From NCBI GenBank assembly GCA_963605425.1, contig CAVCUQ010000005.1:3460-67459 (forward strand): 64,000 nt of DNA. Direction: 5' to 3'. A program made the position numbers and the translations under genes. Positions 38,139 to 49,162 of the stretch are shown here, one piece after another; position 1 is the first letter of the stretch, and each line of letters begins with the position of its first letter. The notes under the pieces are model-generated. The model saw nothing but the letters and a program-made list of their open reading frames with translations, made no database searches and was not told the DNA's origin. Origin of the DNA: an uncultured Eubacteriales bacterium. GTDB lineage: Bacteria > Bacillota_I > Bacilli_A > Acholeplasmatales > Anaeroplasmataceae.

Positions 38139-40591
38139 TGAAAAAAGTTAAATTTATCGGCCTTGTTCAAGCTATTATATTAATTATTACCGCTATTAGT
38201 GTTACTTTATTCTTAAACTTTAATCTGATGCTTAATGGATCTAATTGGATTAAGTGGTTTATATTCTGGTGGGTACTTGCTTCATTACTATCTAATGTAT
38301 TATTATCAAATAAATTTGCATCAGGTGTAGCTCAGGAGTGGGTATTCTATATATCAATTGGTGTTTTAATATCATCAATTATAGCTTATATTCTATTCTC
38401 ATTTATATTCTCTAATTTTAATTATAACAATATGGACTGGGTTGGATCTTTACAAGCTATTATTGTTGTTGATTTTAGATACTACGGAATCTTACTTGGT
38501 GTATTTATCGGATTTAGTGCTCTTTATTTCTCATTCTTTGATAGACAAATGCTTAAAGGCTTCAAAGGCGGATCAGGACTTGGTGGTAAGGGTAAATTAA
38601 ACAGAGTAGATGCTAACCTTGAAAATTCTCGTTGGATGACTAATGAAGAACGTTTAAAGATTTTTAAGAACTATAAATATGAAGAATTAAAAACTGTTAA
38701 AAAAGATGGTGTTCCTGTTATGGCAAAGATGGACGCTAAAGAAAAAGGTATGCAAGTAGCTTTCTCATCTCCATCTCATGGTCTAATTATCGGTTCTACA
38801 GGTTCAGGTAAAACTACAACATTCGTAAACCCAATGATTCAACTTTTAGCTACAACTGAAGCTGGTTCATCAATGATTATGACTGACCCTAAGGGTGAAC
38901 TATTCTCTCTTCATTCTAAATATTTAGTTGAAAGAGGATATGATGTTAAGGTTATTGATTTAAGAGATACTTATCAATCTTATAGATGGAACCCTCTAGA
39001 TTCTATTTATGATATGTATGAAGAATATCGTAATGTTTATAAACAAGCATTTGAAAGAACTGATTCCTTTGAAAGTTCTGGTCTTGAAAAGGCTAATCCT
39101 AAAGATGATTTTACAAATGTAACTAAATGGTACGAATTCCAAAATAAAGCATATGTATCTTATGAATCATTAGTTCTTGGTATGAAGATTTATAAGAAAC
39201 AATTATTTGATGAAGTTTATGAAAATCTAAATGACTTAACAAGCGTACTTATTCCTATTGAGAATGAAAAAGACCCAATGTGGGAAAAAGGTGCTCGTGC
39301 TATAACTCTTGCCGTATTACTTGCGATGCTAGAAGATAGTGAAATTGAAGAAATGCATATGACAAAAGACAAGTTTACATTCTTCAACTTAACTAAGATT
39401 TTACAAAACTCTAATAAAGATTATCTAGAACTTAGAAAATATTTCCAAGGTAGAAGTCCATTAAGTAAAGCTTTATCACTATCTAAACAAGTGTGTGACG
39501 CAGCTGAATCTACAAGAGCTTCATATATGTCAGTTGTTTATGAAAAGTTAACTTTATTTAATGACTCAGGTATTTGTGGTCTTACAAGTTCATCAGATTT
39601 TACTCCTAAGAGTTTAACTGAAAAACCAACAGCTTTATTCTTAAAGATTCCTGATGAAAAGACTACTCGTCATAATCTAGCTGCTATCTTTATTCTAGAT
39701 TTATATAAATCACTAATTAAAGTAGCTTCAGCTAATGAAGATTTATCATTACCTAGAAATGTATACTTCATTCTAGACGAATTCGGTAACATGCCTAAGA
39801 TTGAAAACTTTGACAAGATGATTACCGTAGGTCGTTCACGTAAGATTTGGTTCAATATGATTGTTCAATCTTATCAACAATTAAACAATGTTTATGGTGA
39901 TAAGGCTGCAGATATCATTAAAGGTAACTGTGGTATTAAGATGTTTATCGGTTCTAACGACATCGGTACTTGTAAAGAATTCTCAGAACTTTGTGGTAAT
40001 ATCACAGTTGTAACAAAGTCAACTTCATCATCAGATAGAAATGACGGAACTTCTACAAGTAATCAAACTCAAGTAAGACCTTTGATTTATCCTAGTGAAC
40101 TTCAAAGATTAAATAAACAAGGTGATATCGGTAATGCAATTATCGTAACCTTTGGTAACTACCCTTTAAAAACATTCTTTACACCAAGTTTTAAGGTACC
40201 TTTCTATAAGATGGGTACAATGGATACATCAGAATTAAACATGAATTATTTTGATGAACAAGCTGCTTTCTACGACATATCAAAGAGAAATGCTAAAATA
40301 TTTGAAGAAGCAGAAAAGAGAAATGTTGTAAAGAGAGGAAGACCTACAAAGGCTGAAAGCGAAGCTCGTAAAGCAGAGGCTCTAAAGAATGGTACTCCTA
40401 TTAAGAAGCCTAAGCCAAAGAAAGAAAAGAAGCCTAGCGACTTAACTGAAGTAGATAAAATAATGCTTAATAGAAATATTGATTTCTTTGTAAACCAATT
40501 AAAGCTTTATAAAGATGTTTCGAATATTTCTGATACTGAATTAATGAAATTAATTAAAGAAAAAATGAAAGAAGGTGATGATAATGAATAG
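38138..40591 (+). CDS. type IV coupling protein (VirD4/TraG family) with 4 N-terminal TM helices and a basic C-terminal tail
   Basis: Walker A GSTGSGKTT, then MTDPKGELF, YRWNPLD, Walker B YFILDEFGNMP and GRSRKIWFNMIVQSYQQL. Confidence 0.85.
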   Translation: MKKVKFIGLVQAIILIITAISVTLFLNFNLMLNGSNWIKWFIFWWVLASLLSNVLLSNKFASGVAQEWVFYISIGVLISSIIAYILFSFIFSNFNYNNMDWVGSLQAIIVVDFRYYGILLGVFIGFSALYFSFFDRQMLKGFKGGSGLGGKGKLNRVDANLENSRWMTNEERLKIFKNYKYEELKTVKKDGVPVMAKMDAKEKGMQVAFSSPSHGLIIGSTGSGKTTTFVNPMIQLLATTEAGSSMIMTDPKGELFSLHSKYLVERGYDVKVIDLRDTYQSYRWNPLDSIYDMYEEYRNVYKQAFERTDSFESSGLEKANPKDDFTNVTKWYEFQNKAYVSYESLVLGMKIYKKQLFDEVYENLNDLTSVLIPIENEKDPMWEKGARAITLAVLLAMLEDSEIEEMHMTKDKFTFFNLTKILQNSNKDYLELRKYFQGRSPLSKALSLSKQVCDAAESTRASYMSVVYEKLTLFNDSGICGLTSSSDFTPKSLTEKPTALFLKIPDEKTTRHNLAAIFILDLYKSLIKVASANEDLSLPRNVYFILDEFGNMPKIENFDKMITVGRSRKIWFNMIVQSYQQLNNVYGDKAADIIKGNCGIKMFIGSNDIGTCKEFSELCGNITVVTKSTSSSDRNDGTSTSNQTQVRPLIYPSELQRLNKQGDIGNAIIVTFGNYPLKTFFTPSFKVPFYKMGTMDTSELNMNYFDEQAAFYDISKRNAKIFEEAEKRNVVKRGRPTKAESEARKAEALKNGTPIKKPKPKKEKKPSDLTEVDKIMLNRNIDFFVNQLKLYKDVSNISDTELMKLIKEKMKEGDDNE

Positions 40592-43500
40592 AGTTTATAG
40601 AAATGTAATGAGAATATTTACAATTTTATCAATCTTTATCTTATCATTTACCACTTTAAAGAAAGCAATTGTTTTAGCTGAAGGAACAGGTGAACCAACT
40701 AAGGTTGAATTTTTAGATAATAGAGAAAATCAAATTACTGATTCAACTGTTACAATCAAGTCTGATTCAACTAAGGCTTACTTCTATGTAAAGATTTACG
40801 CTGAAAGCGGTAAATTTAATGTTTATCTTGAAACAAGTGATGGTACATTACTTTCAAGTCAAAATGAATATACAGAGATTTCATCTAGTAGCATTTATGC
40901 AACTGGTGAAGTAGATACTGATAAAGGTTATGCACTTGTAAGTATTACTGTAGAAGTAGCTAAGAAAGTTAAAGATTATGTCCAAGTTGAAGACTGTCCT
41001 AACTACTTTTATGTAAGCTTAGTAAAAATTAATAATACTTCCTATAATAGAACACTTACTGTCAATTGTGAAAGTACATATATCTATGAAACTAAACAAA
41101 ATGAAGTTGATAAAGGATATGTACTTAAGTTATATGAATCTATTACAAGTCAAACTCTTATCAATGATTCAAAGAGAGTTGATAATGGTAGAAATAGTGT
41201 TACAAAATTAGATATTAATTTATCTAGTAGTTATAATGCAAAAAGCCAAGCTTTAATTGCAAATAAGTTTGCAAACTATTATGTTTCAACTGAAGGTAAA
41301 CAAGCATGGGATAATAGCTTTAAGTATACATTAGGACTTGTTGAATACAACATGTATAGCGCTAATATTGCTAACCCTATTTATACAACAGCTTATATCA
41401 CAAACACATGGTCAGGTTGGGATTCAGTAAAGCCAGGTAGAAATGCGGCATACGGAGACTCTTCTGATAATTGGAAATTAGATAATAATATTCTAACAAA
41501 GAATATCTTTGAAAAGAGTAACGGAACTCAAAACTGGCATGATCATACCTTTGTAACTAAAGATGGATCAGGTTCTATATATTATTTTGCAGAAAGCTCA
41601 CTTGGTAATACATATTATCAAATAGATAATTCTACTTTAAATAATCCATATTTAACTATCACAAACTATAGTGGTGCTTACAATTATGCAAACTATATAG
41701 CTACTTGTGGAAACTATGAATATACTGACACTGACTGGAAGGGAATATCATACAAGGCAAGTATTGATACTAACCGTAAACTTGATATGAAATCATGGTC
41801 AGCTAAGTCATTTATAGCAGATACTACAGCCCCAACTGTTAGTGGAGCTTATCTTGTCAATTCAAACAAGAAGAAAAACTTTGCAAAAGGCGATAAGGTT
41901 CAAATTGCAGTTAGATTTAGTGAACCAGTTCAAGTACTTGATACTAAGAACTTAAAGATTCAATTAACTACTAATAGTTATAATGCAAATATTAATCCGG
42001 TTCGTTTTGATTATAAATCAGGAAGCGGAACTTATACTTTAATATTTGAAGCCGAATCTAGCAGTTACTCAAGTAAAGAAGTTAATATTACTTCAATCAG
42101 TTCTATTGATTTTATCAATGCAAATGGTGGAAGGGCTGATTCCCTTATTAGAGACTATTCATCTAGTCTTTATACAGGATTAAATAGTAAGAATAAGAAT
42201 AGTCAAAATAATGCTTATTTAAAGAATGGTTATTATAGTGGTTATTCATATTCTACAAGTATTGAATATAATGTTGATACTAGAAGCCCTAAGGTTACAA
42301 TTACTCCAAATACTAAGATTTTAAGTAAAGAAAAGGATATTAGTATTCAATTTGGTAACGTAGGAACTAATGCAACTTTCTATTATAAGTTAATTAAAGA
42401 AGCAGATCTTGCAGGTTATACAGATGAAGATTATGAAAAAGATTTATCTGAACTAGATACAACAAGTGATCATATTATAAGTGATGGAAACAAAACTGGT
42501 AAGTATTATTTCTATTATAAGATTGTAACTTATTACGGAGTTGAAGTTTCTAATAAAGATGATCTTACAAACACTAATAAAAAAGAAGATTATGCTCTTT
42601 TATATGATAATTCTGCACCAGTTTTAACTGATGAAAATGGAAATGTTAAAGATATATTCTATCATCAAAATAGTAAAGATGATAATAATAATATAAAGAA
42701 TGATTCTTATGATTTTACTGTTTATCTTAAAGATTTAGAAGAATCATATGTTGGCGGAAGTGGTAACTTTTGCCGTATTAAGAATATCTCATTTATATAT
42801 TCAGAAAATGATTTTTCTTATAACTCTAATATTGGTTCGATAAATTTATATAGTGATTCTAGTACTTCATATGCAAAGATTAAATGTGATAGCACTAATA
42901 AATACAAATATACATTTACTATTTCATATGATATGATATCTGACACATTAGTCGATAAATCTAGACTATATTCTACTTTATATGTAGGTATTGAAGTTGA
43001 AGATACTTCAGGTAATATTTATACTTATACAAATCAAAATTTTGCAAAAGCTACTCTAAAATTTGATTCACGTACTAAATTAGCAGGTATATTCTCTTAT
43101 CCTGATGAAGAAAACAAAATTTATGGACTTGATGTTTATAAAAAAGGTTCAAGCGTTTCTTTTACTGCAGATAGCAGTGTAGATGTTACAGGTGGCACTT
43201 TTACTGCCTTGGTTTATAAAATCAGCTATTTATCTGATTCTAAGAAAACTCAAAGAGAACTTGTAAGTGATGATTCTAATGTTTACACATTTAGTTCTAG
43301 TGATAAAACAGCTACAATTAAATTTAATCAAAGTGGTTATTATGAATATCAATTTGTATTAAATGATAAAGTATATTCTGAAGCAAATGAGATTTATATT
43401 GGATCAAGTATTGATAACAATGAAACTAGTGATAAAACATATAATACTACTAATAGTGAAGTTGTGATTAATAATGTTTGGTCAACTAATTCACTAATGT

Positions 43501-46500
43501 ATTATTACTATAATGATTCAAGAGTAATTACAGAACGTTATAATGGTGTTGTTAACCCTCAAATGTTCTCATCTAAATCTTACTTACAACAATATATTAA
43601 ATATTATGAATATCAAGATTTATCTTATGTTATTACTACAAGTCAAATAGCTACAAGCTTAAATGGTTCAGCTAGTAGTACTTATCAAAAGGCTACCGGT
43701 GAGACACGTACAGCTTCAACAAATGAAATCTGGATTCGTTATAAAAAAGCAAGTTGGAATTATTCAAATTCCACTACTGAGTGGGTTTATTACTACTATG
43801 GTGAATATAATGGATCTAATGATTATATTAATGTTTTAAATTTATCTCAAAATTTAAAGAATGCGATTAACTCTGTTGTTTCAACTATTGTATCTAAATG
43901 TTCTAATGTTAATCTTGTAACTGAAGAATATTTAAATAATGGTGTACCAACACTTGCGAAGAACCAAGTTCACCCTGATAAAGAAGAAGCTAAGACTAGT
44001 AAATCTGGTATTACTTTACAAAACGTAAACTTTGTTGGAGATGCTGGAATTTATTCCTCTTACAAGACTATTAAAGATAATAATTTCTATTATTTTTCTA
44101 ATTATAAGTTTGTATATACTCCATATACTAAATTCTATTATGCAAATGTAGTAGAAGGTAATAATTTCGTATTTACAAAAGATGACTTACAATCTCTTGA
44201 TGTTACTGGTGATAAAACTTTAAATCATATTCTTGAAAGTGGTACATATGTACTCATTGAAGTTGATGAAAATGGTATTTCAAAAACTTTCATGTATATT
44301 GTTAACTATAAAGACGCACCAGGCTTAAATATTTCTTATTCATCTAAAACAACAACTGATGAGGAATTAACATTAAGTTATGCAAATAACGGTGAAAGAT
44401 TTAACGCAACTAGTTTTGCAATAAAATCATTAGGTGATTCAGTTGATGATTATGCTTATGTAAGAGTTTCTACAAGAAATAGTGTTACAACTTATTATTC
44501 AACTGATTTTAAAGATGGTGAAATAGAAAAAGATCCTGTCTTACTTAAAGATGGTACTTATACAATCTTTGTATCAGATAGATTTGGTAATTCATATTCA
44601 TTCACTGTCTCAGTTAATAGTAGTGACATTAAATATACATTCAATACGTATGATTCTGAATATGTAAGATTTACATGTGAATTAGAAGAAGATGATGTAT
44701 TTAGCTTTAGTATTTCTTTAAATGGTGAAGTAATTACTAATCAATATCAAAAATCTATTAAATTAACTAAATCAGGAACATATATCCTTGCCTTAAATGA
44801 TATCTATGGTAACTCAGTTAATGAAACTGTAGTACTTGAAAGAAAGAATCCAGAGGTTTCATGGTGGTATGTTTCAGGAAACTCTTATGAGAAATTTGAT
44901 GAGACTAGTACAACAGGAGCTATCATTGATAAGATTTCTACATCAAGTTATGAAATCTATACATCTAGCCGTGTTCAATTCCAATATACTGGTGACTATT
45001 CATATCAATTCTCTGATGGTGTAAATTACACACAATCTAGTTATTGGGGAAGCCAAAGAGTAACTATCACTAGTGAAGAATATTTTACAGTAAAGATTTA
45101 TTATACTGATTATGAGGAAGCTCAAGTCACTTATACAGTTATCTTTGATAAAGAAGCAGCTGATATTAAAGCTAGTGTTAATACAAACGAATATACTTAT
45201 AAAGACTTAGAGAAGATATCAATAGGAGATTATAAGATTGATGATATCGGTTTTGATATTAAATCAACTGATTCATTTGGTATCTTAAATAATGGTCAAA
45301 TTTTTTCTAAGAATATTAATTTAAATGTTACTGATGATTCTGGTATTAAAGCTTTAACTATTACTTTAAATGGTAATGCTTTAACTTTAAGCGAAGAAAT
45401 TCAAACTAAGATCTTAAATAAAGATAAGAGTATTAGTTTAATTCTAACTGAAATTGGTAAATATCAAATAACTGCGGTTGATAGACTTGGTAATGAATCT
45501 ACATTTGCATTTGAAAATGTAGAACCTAACTATTTTGGTCTTCATCTTGATGATAATAAAGTAACATTAAATACTAACCCTGAAGAAGCTTTAGAAAAGT
45601 CTAGTTATGGTCATGCATCAATTGTTTATTCATTTAATGAAATTGAACAAATAGTATATCTAATTGATGGAACATATTTTACTATTATTGTTAGAGACAA
45701 TGCATTATATGTGCAATATCTAGGTAATGATGAACATGAAAACTATGGATTAATTGAAAAAACATTAATTAATGATATTACTACAAGTAGTGAATACACT
45801 GAACTTGATGTAGTTTCAATAGATGGAATTAAGTTATCATATAGAAAACTTGATGGTTCATTCTACTTTATGATTACCGCGTTAAACAGTAATGTTCATA
45901 ATGTAGTTTCAAGAACAATCTCTGACTATTCATATGTACCTTTCTACAATAAGGTTGAATTATGTGGAAAATTATCTAGTCTTGACTTTGTTAATAGTGA
46001 TAATAAAGCTGTTAATGTAAATGCTCTAAATGGTTATACTAATTTAGAATTTACAATTAGAAAATCAACTCTTGATTCTGACATCACAAAGATTGAATAT
46101 GCCGAAAATTCAACTAACAACTTTGATAATATTACTTTAAAAGAATTAGATTTAACTAGTGAATTTACATATTACGGTACTGATGATGGTTACTTTAAGT
46201 TTAAAGCAACTAATAAATATGGTATGGTTACATCTTATATTATTAGAGTATTTAGACAATTACTTATCGAAGTGGATGCTAAATATAGTGATAATACTAA
46301 AATATCTTATATTCATGATGGAAGTAGTAGTTATTTCTCAAACAATAAGGTAGTAATTAGATCATTTGATTCTGATAGTAAGTTTACTATTGAAAAAGAA
46401 TCAGAAGAAGTTAAATTTGATGTTACAAGAACTGATGATTATGCAGAAGTTACTATTTCAGGTAATGGCGTATATTTAGTTACAATCGTTGATAATGCAA

Positions 46501-48152
46501 ATAACACAAGAATATTTAACGTAACAATATCAGATGATAGCTTTAACGTTACAAATGATATTTTCAAAGGATTAAGCAAAGATGCGCTTAAGGAATTATA
46601 TTCTAAAGATTTAGTTTCTATTGATAAGTCTTTATTTGATACATATCAAATATATAGAGTAGAAATGGCTTATAAAGATGATGATTACTTAGTATATTAT
46701 GATAATATCTCTCAAGAAAAGATTACTAATATTTCTCTTACAGATTTAGTTGGTTCTCTTGGAGATGGTGTATATAAGATTCGCTTTAGAAATATATGTG
46801 GTACTGAATGCTTAAAAGAAATTCATTATTCAGGAACATCTACTTTAAATGTAGAAAGAATGACTAGAAGTGATTTTGAATATAGTGCTTTAGATATTAA
46901 TAAAATAGATGAAGGTGCTTATTCAAATAACTTAGTTCGCTTTAAGTCAACAGCTAAAACATATGATTTTAAGATCGATGGTAATAAGGTTGATTGTCCT
47001 TATGAATTATCATTCCCTAAGACTACTGCAAGTGGTACTTATACTTATTCAGCTTCTTATGTTGATGAATATGGATTTAAGTATGAATTTACTGTTTACT
47101 TAATTAGACAAAATGTAAATTATACATTATCTAAGGAACCTACTTCAATTAATGGAGTAAATACTGTAAATAGTAATTTCTATATTACATTTGATAGTGA
47201 TTCTTATTCAGGTGATTATATCTTAGATAATTCAGCTATTTATACTTATAATAATAAAGACTTATTAACTAAAGATGGTACTTATTCATTTAATATAAGC
47301 GATAAAGCTGGTAATGTTACATCATTTACTATTAAGAAGGATACAATTGTAGAGTTTACTGCATATGAATCCCAAACAAATAACACTGTGTATAATGGTT
47401 CTGTTTCAAATAACGGAAATGTTGTTATAAGCGGTGCTCAAGGTGAATATGTAAAAGTTGTGAAAGCATGGCTTAATTCGGTTGAAAGAGATGTTTCATC
47501 AAGCTATAATGATAATGGAAAGTGGGAACTATTAATTGAGGACTTAGTAGGTAATCAAACTTACTTTATGTTCTATATTTATACTCACACTATCTCAAGA
47601 TTAGCTTACTCTACACCTTACAATTATAAGTTTAAGACTATTCTTTACACAGATTTATCTGGTAATGCATCTAACTATATTGATAAGGTTATAGATAACA
47701 CATATTATGATTCAATAACATTTGAAGAAAATGGTGAATATTATGTTGAAATGTTATCTAGTGCAACTAATCAAATTATCACATTTGAAATTAGTATTTC
47801 TAATTTAACTCCTGATGTTAAACTTGTTGGTGTTGAAAACGATGGTTCTACGAACAAAGACGTTACACTAACTGGTTATAAATTAGGTGATATCATTAGA
47901 ATTTATAAAGACGGTACATTAACAAACACTATAACTGTTATTTCAGCAACTCAAGCTAGCCCTGTCATCAGTGAAAAGGGTGAGTACACTGTTGAAATTA
48001 CTAATGAGGAAGGTAATGTAACTACACTACATTTTAGAAGACAATATACTGCGAATGCAGCTAGCTCAACTGTTATAGTTGTTGTGCTTTCAGTTATTGC
48101 CGTTGTATTATTTATTGGTCTATTCTCTAGAAAAAGAGAAAAGATAGATTAG
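40575..48152 (+). CDS. giant (about 2520 aa) surface protein with signal peptide, many Ig-like beta-sandwich modules and a C-terminal TM anchor
   Basis: Signal sequence ...KKAIVLAEG. At least 10 modules end in D-x-x-G-N-x-(S/T)-x-(F/Y)-x-(F/V). The C-terminus is STVIVVVLSVIAVVLFIGLF-SRKREKID. The start is probably the ATG at 40578 or 40584, overlapping the T4CP stop. Confidence 0.8.
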   Translation: MMIMNRVYRNVMRIFTILSIFILSFTTLKKAIVLAEGTGEPTKVEFLDNRENQITDSTVTIKSDSTKAYFYVKIYAESGKFNVYLETSDGTLLSSQNEYTEISSSSIYATGEVDTDKGYALVSITVEVAKKVKDYVQVEDCPNYFYVSLVKINNTSYNRTLTVNCESTYIYETKQNEVDKGYVLKLYESITSQTLINDSKRVDNGRNSVTKLDINLSSSYNAKSQALIANKFANYYVSTEGKQAWDNSFKYTLGLVEYNMYSANIANPIYTTAYITNTWSGWDSVKPGRNAAYGDSSDNWKLDNNILTKNIFEKSNGTQNWHDHTFVTKDGSGSIYYFAESSLGNTYYQIDNSTLNNPYLTITNYSGAYNYANYIATCGNYEYTDTDWKGISYKASIDTNRKLDMKSWSAKSFIADTTAPTVSGAYLVNSNKKKNFAKGDKVQIAVRFSEPVQVLDTKNLKIQLTTNSYNANINPVRFDYKSGSGTYTLIFEAESSSYSSKEVNITSISSIDFINANGGRADSLIRDYSSSLYTGLNSKNKNSQNNAYLKNGYYSGYSYSTSIEYNVDTRSPKVTITPNTKILSKEKDISIQFGNVGTNATFYYKLIKEADLAGYTDEDYEKDLSELDTTSDHIISDGNKTGKYYFYYKIVTYYGVEVSNKDDLTNTNKKEDYALLYDNSAPVLTDENGNVKDIFYHQNSKDDNNNIKNDSYDFTVYLKDLEESYVGGSGNFCRIKNISFIYSENDFSYNSNIGSINLYSDSSTSYAKIKCDSTNKYKYTFTISYDMISDTLVDKSRLYSTLYVGIEVEDTSGNIYTYTNQNFAKATLKFDSRTKLAGIFSYPDEENKIYGLDVYKKGSSVSFTADSSVDVTGGTFTALVYKISYLSDSKKTQRELVSDDSNVYTFSSSDKTATIKFNQSGYYEYQFVLNDKVYSEANEIYIGSSIDNNETSDKTYNTTNSEVVINNVWSTNSLMYYYYNDSRVITERYNGVVNPQMFSSKSYLQQYIKYYEYQDLSYVITTSQIATSLNGSASSTYQKATGETRTASTNEIWIRYKKASWNYSNSTTEWVYYYYGEYNGSNDYINVLNLSQNLKNAINSVVSTIVSKCSNVNLVTEEYLNNGVPTLAKNQVHPDKEEAKTSKSGITLQNVNFVGDAGIYSSYKTIKDNNFYYFSNYKFVYTPYTKFYYANVVEGNNFVFTKDDLQSLDVTGDKTLNHILESGTYVLIEVDENGISKTFMYIVNYKDAPGLNISYSSKTTTDEELTLSYANNGERFNATSFAIKSLGDSVDDYAYVRVSTRNSVTTYYSTDFKDGEIEKDPVLLKDGTYTIFVSDRFGNSYSFTVSVNSSDIKYTFNTYDSEYVRFTCELEEDDVFSFSISLNGEVITNQYQKSIKLTKSGTYILALNDIYGNSVNETVVLERKNPEVSWWYVSGNSYEKFDETSTTGAIIDKISTSSYEIYTSSRVQFQYTGDYSYQFSDGVNYTQSSYWGSQRVTITSEEYFTVKIYYTDYEEAQVTYTVIFDKEAADIKASVNTNEYTYKDLEKISIGDYKIDDIGFDIKSTDSFGILNNGQIFSKNINLNVTDDSGIKALTITLNGNALTLSEEIQTKILNKDKSISLILTEIGKYQITAVDRLGNESTFAFENVEPNYFGLHLDDNKVTLNTNPEEALEKSSYGHASIVYSFNEIEQIVYLIDGTYFTIIVRDNALYVQYLGNDEHENYGLIEKTLINDITTSSEYTELDVVSIDGIKLSYRKLDGSFYFMITALNSNVHNVVSRTISDYSYVPFYNKVELCGKLSSLDFVNSDNKAVNVNALNGYTNLEFTIRKSTLDSDITKIEYAENSTNNFDNITLKELDLTSEFTYYGTDDGYFKFKATNKYGMVTSYIIRVFRQLLIEVDAKYSDNTKISYIHDGSSSYFSNNKVVIRSFDSDSKFTIEKESEEVKFDVTRTDDYAEVTISGNGVYLVTIVDNANNTRIFNVTISDDSFNVTNDIFKGLSKDALKELYSKDLVSIDKSLFDTYQIYRVEMAYKDDDYLVYYDNISQEKITNISLTDLVGSLGDGVYKIRFRNICGTECLKEIHYSGTSTLNVERMTRSDFEYSALDINKIDEGAYSNNLVRFKSTAKTYDFKIDGNKVDCPYELSFPKTTASGTYTYSASYVDEYGFKYEFTVYLIRQNVNYTLSKEPTSINGVNTVNSNFYITFDSDSYSGDYILDNSAIYTYNNKDLLTKDGTYSFNISDKAGNVTSFTIKKDTIVEFTAYESQTNNTVYNGSVSNNGNVVISGAQGEYVKVVKAWLNSVERDVSSSYNDNGKWELLIEDLVGNQTYFMFYIYTHTISRLAYSTPYNYKFKTILYTDLSGNASNYIDKVIDNTYYDSITFEENGEYYVEMLSSATNQIITFEISISNLTPDVKLVGVENDGSTNKDVTLTGYKLGDIIRIYKDGTLTNTITVISATQASPVISEKGEYTVEITNEEGNVTTLHFRRQYTANAASSTVIVVVLSVIAVVLFIGLFSRKREKID

Positions 48153-48176
48153 ATATGGTGAGGGAGGAATTTAAAA

Positions 48177-48485
48177 ATGTTAAACACTATATTAGCTACA
48201 TCAATCAGTCAAAATGATTTAGACAGAGTCGTTGAACCAATTTTATCATTCTGTAAGGTATTAATTCCAACTATGCTTACAGTTGTTGGTACTGTTGGTG
48301 CAATTTGGGTAATCTTACTATGCGTTAAGTTCTCAAGAGCAGATGATCCACAAGAACATGATAAAGCTAAAAAGGCTTTAAAAAATGCAATTGTTGGTTT
48401 CGTATTAATTTTCATTCTATTAATCATGTTAAATGTTGGTGTTGAAGTTTTCACAGCTTGGTGGAAATCTTACCAAACAGCTTAG
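48177..48485 (+). CDS. small two-TM membrane protein, VirB2/TrbC pilin-like topology
   Basis: 102 aa: a leader-like N-terminus, then two hydrophobic helices separated by the charged loop KFSRADDPQEHDKAKKALKN; GGGAGG RBS. Confidence 0.5.
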   Translation: MLNTILATSISQNDLDRVVEPILSFCKVLIPTMLTVVGTVGAIWVILLCVKFSRADDPQEHDKAKKALKNAIVGFVLIFILLIMLNVGVEVFTAWWKSYQTA

Positions 48486-48493
48486 GATTATAA

Positions 48494-49150
48494 ATGTTTA
48501 AAAATTATATAAGAATAGTATTAGGCCTTGCCTTAAGTCTTTTCTTATTTTGCTTATGTTCTTGCTTCGATCTTGGTTCATATAATGAAGGTTATACAAC
48601 TCAAGACGGAACTAAACAGTGGAAAACTGATTACTACGACTATTTTCCAAATGTAATTATTTATAAAGATTTTAAAGCAACTTCATATAATATGAATTTA
48701 TTCTATAACGAGGCTTCTTATAGTTCTAATCCTATCAGTGAAAATTGTCCGATAGAAGAAGATGCTTACGAAGCTATCGTTATACCAGTTGCAAAAGATC
48801 TAGTTATTGGTGAATTTAGATTCTTTATTGAATCTAGCAAAAGTTGTGTATTAAACACTAGTTTCTATGTTTCTGACAGTGATATTACTATCTCATCTCA
48901 GGGTGATGATAGTAGTACTACTTCAGAAAACACTAAAAAACAATATATTGTTAATGGAAATCCTAGTAAATACACCATTACTTCTAGCAATAAATTTTCA
49001 GATACTAATGTTAAATTTTTATCTCAAGCAGATAAAACTGTAACTAAGGGTAAATATTTGATTTTCTTATTTGAAAATAATATTAGCGAGAACGATGAAA
49101 AATGTAATTTTAGATTTACTAATGTTCTAATTAGTAATGTATCTAAGTAA
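48494..49150 (+). CDS. lipoprotein (218 aa), T4SS-operon associated
   Basis: Signal peptide with lipobox-like LFCLCSC. No other motif. Confidence 0.65.
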   Translation: MFKNYIRIVLGLALSLFLFCLCSCFDLGSYNEGYTTQDGTKQWKTDYYDYFPNVIIYKDFKATSYNMNLFYNEASYSSNPISENCPIEEDAYEAIVIPVAKDLVIGEFRFFIESSKSCVLNTSFYVSDSDITISSQGDDSSTTSENTKKQYIVNGNPSKYTITSSNKFSDTNVKFLSQADKTVTKGKYLIFLFENNISENDEKCNFRFTNVLISNVSK

Positions 49151-49162
49151 AGGAGTGATAAT

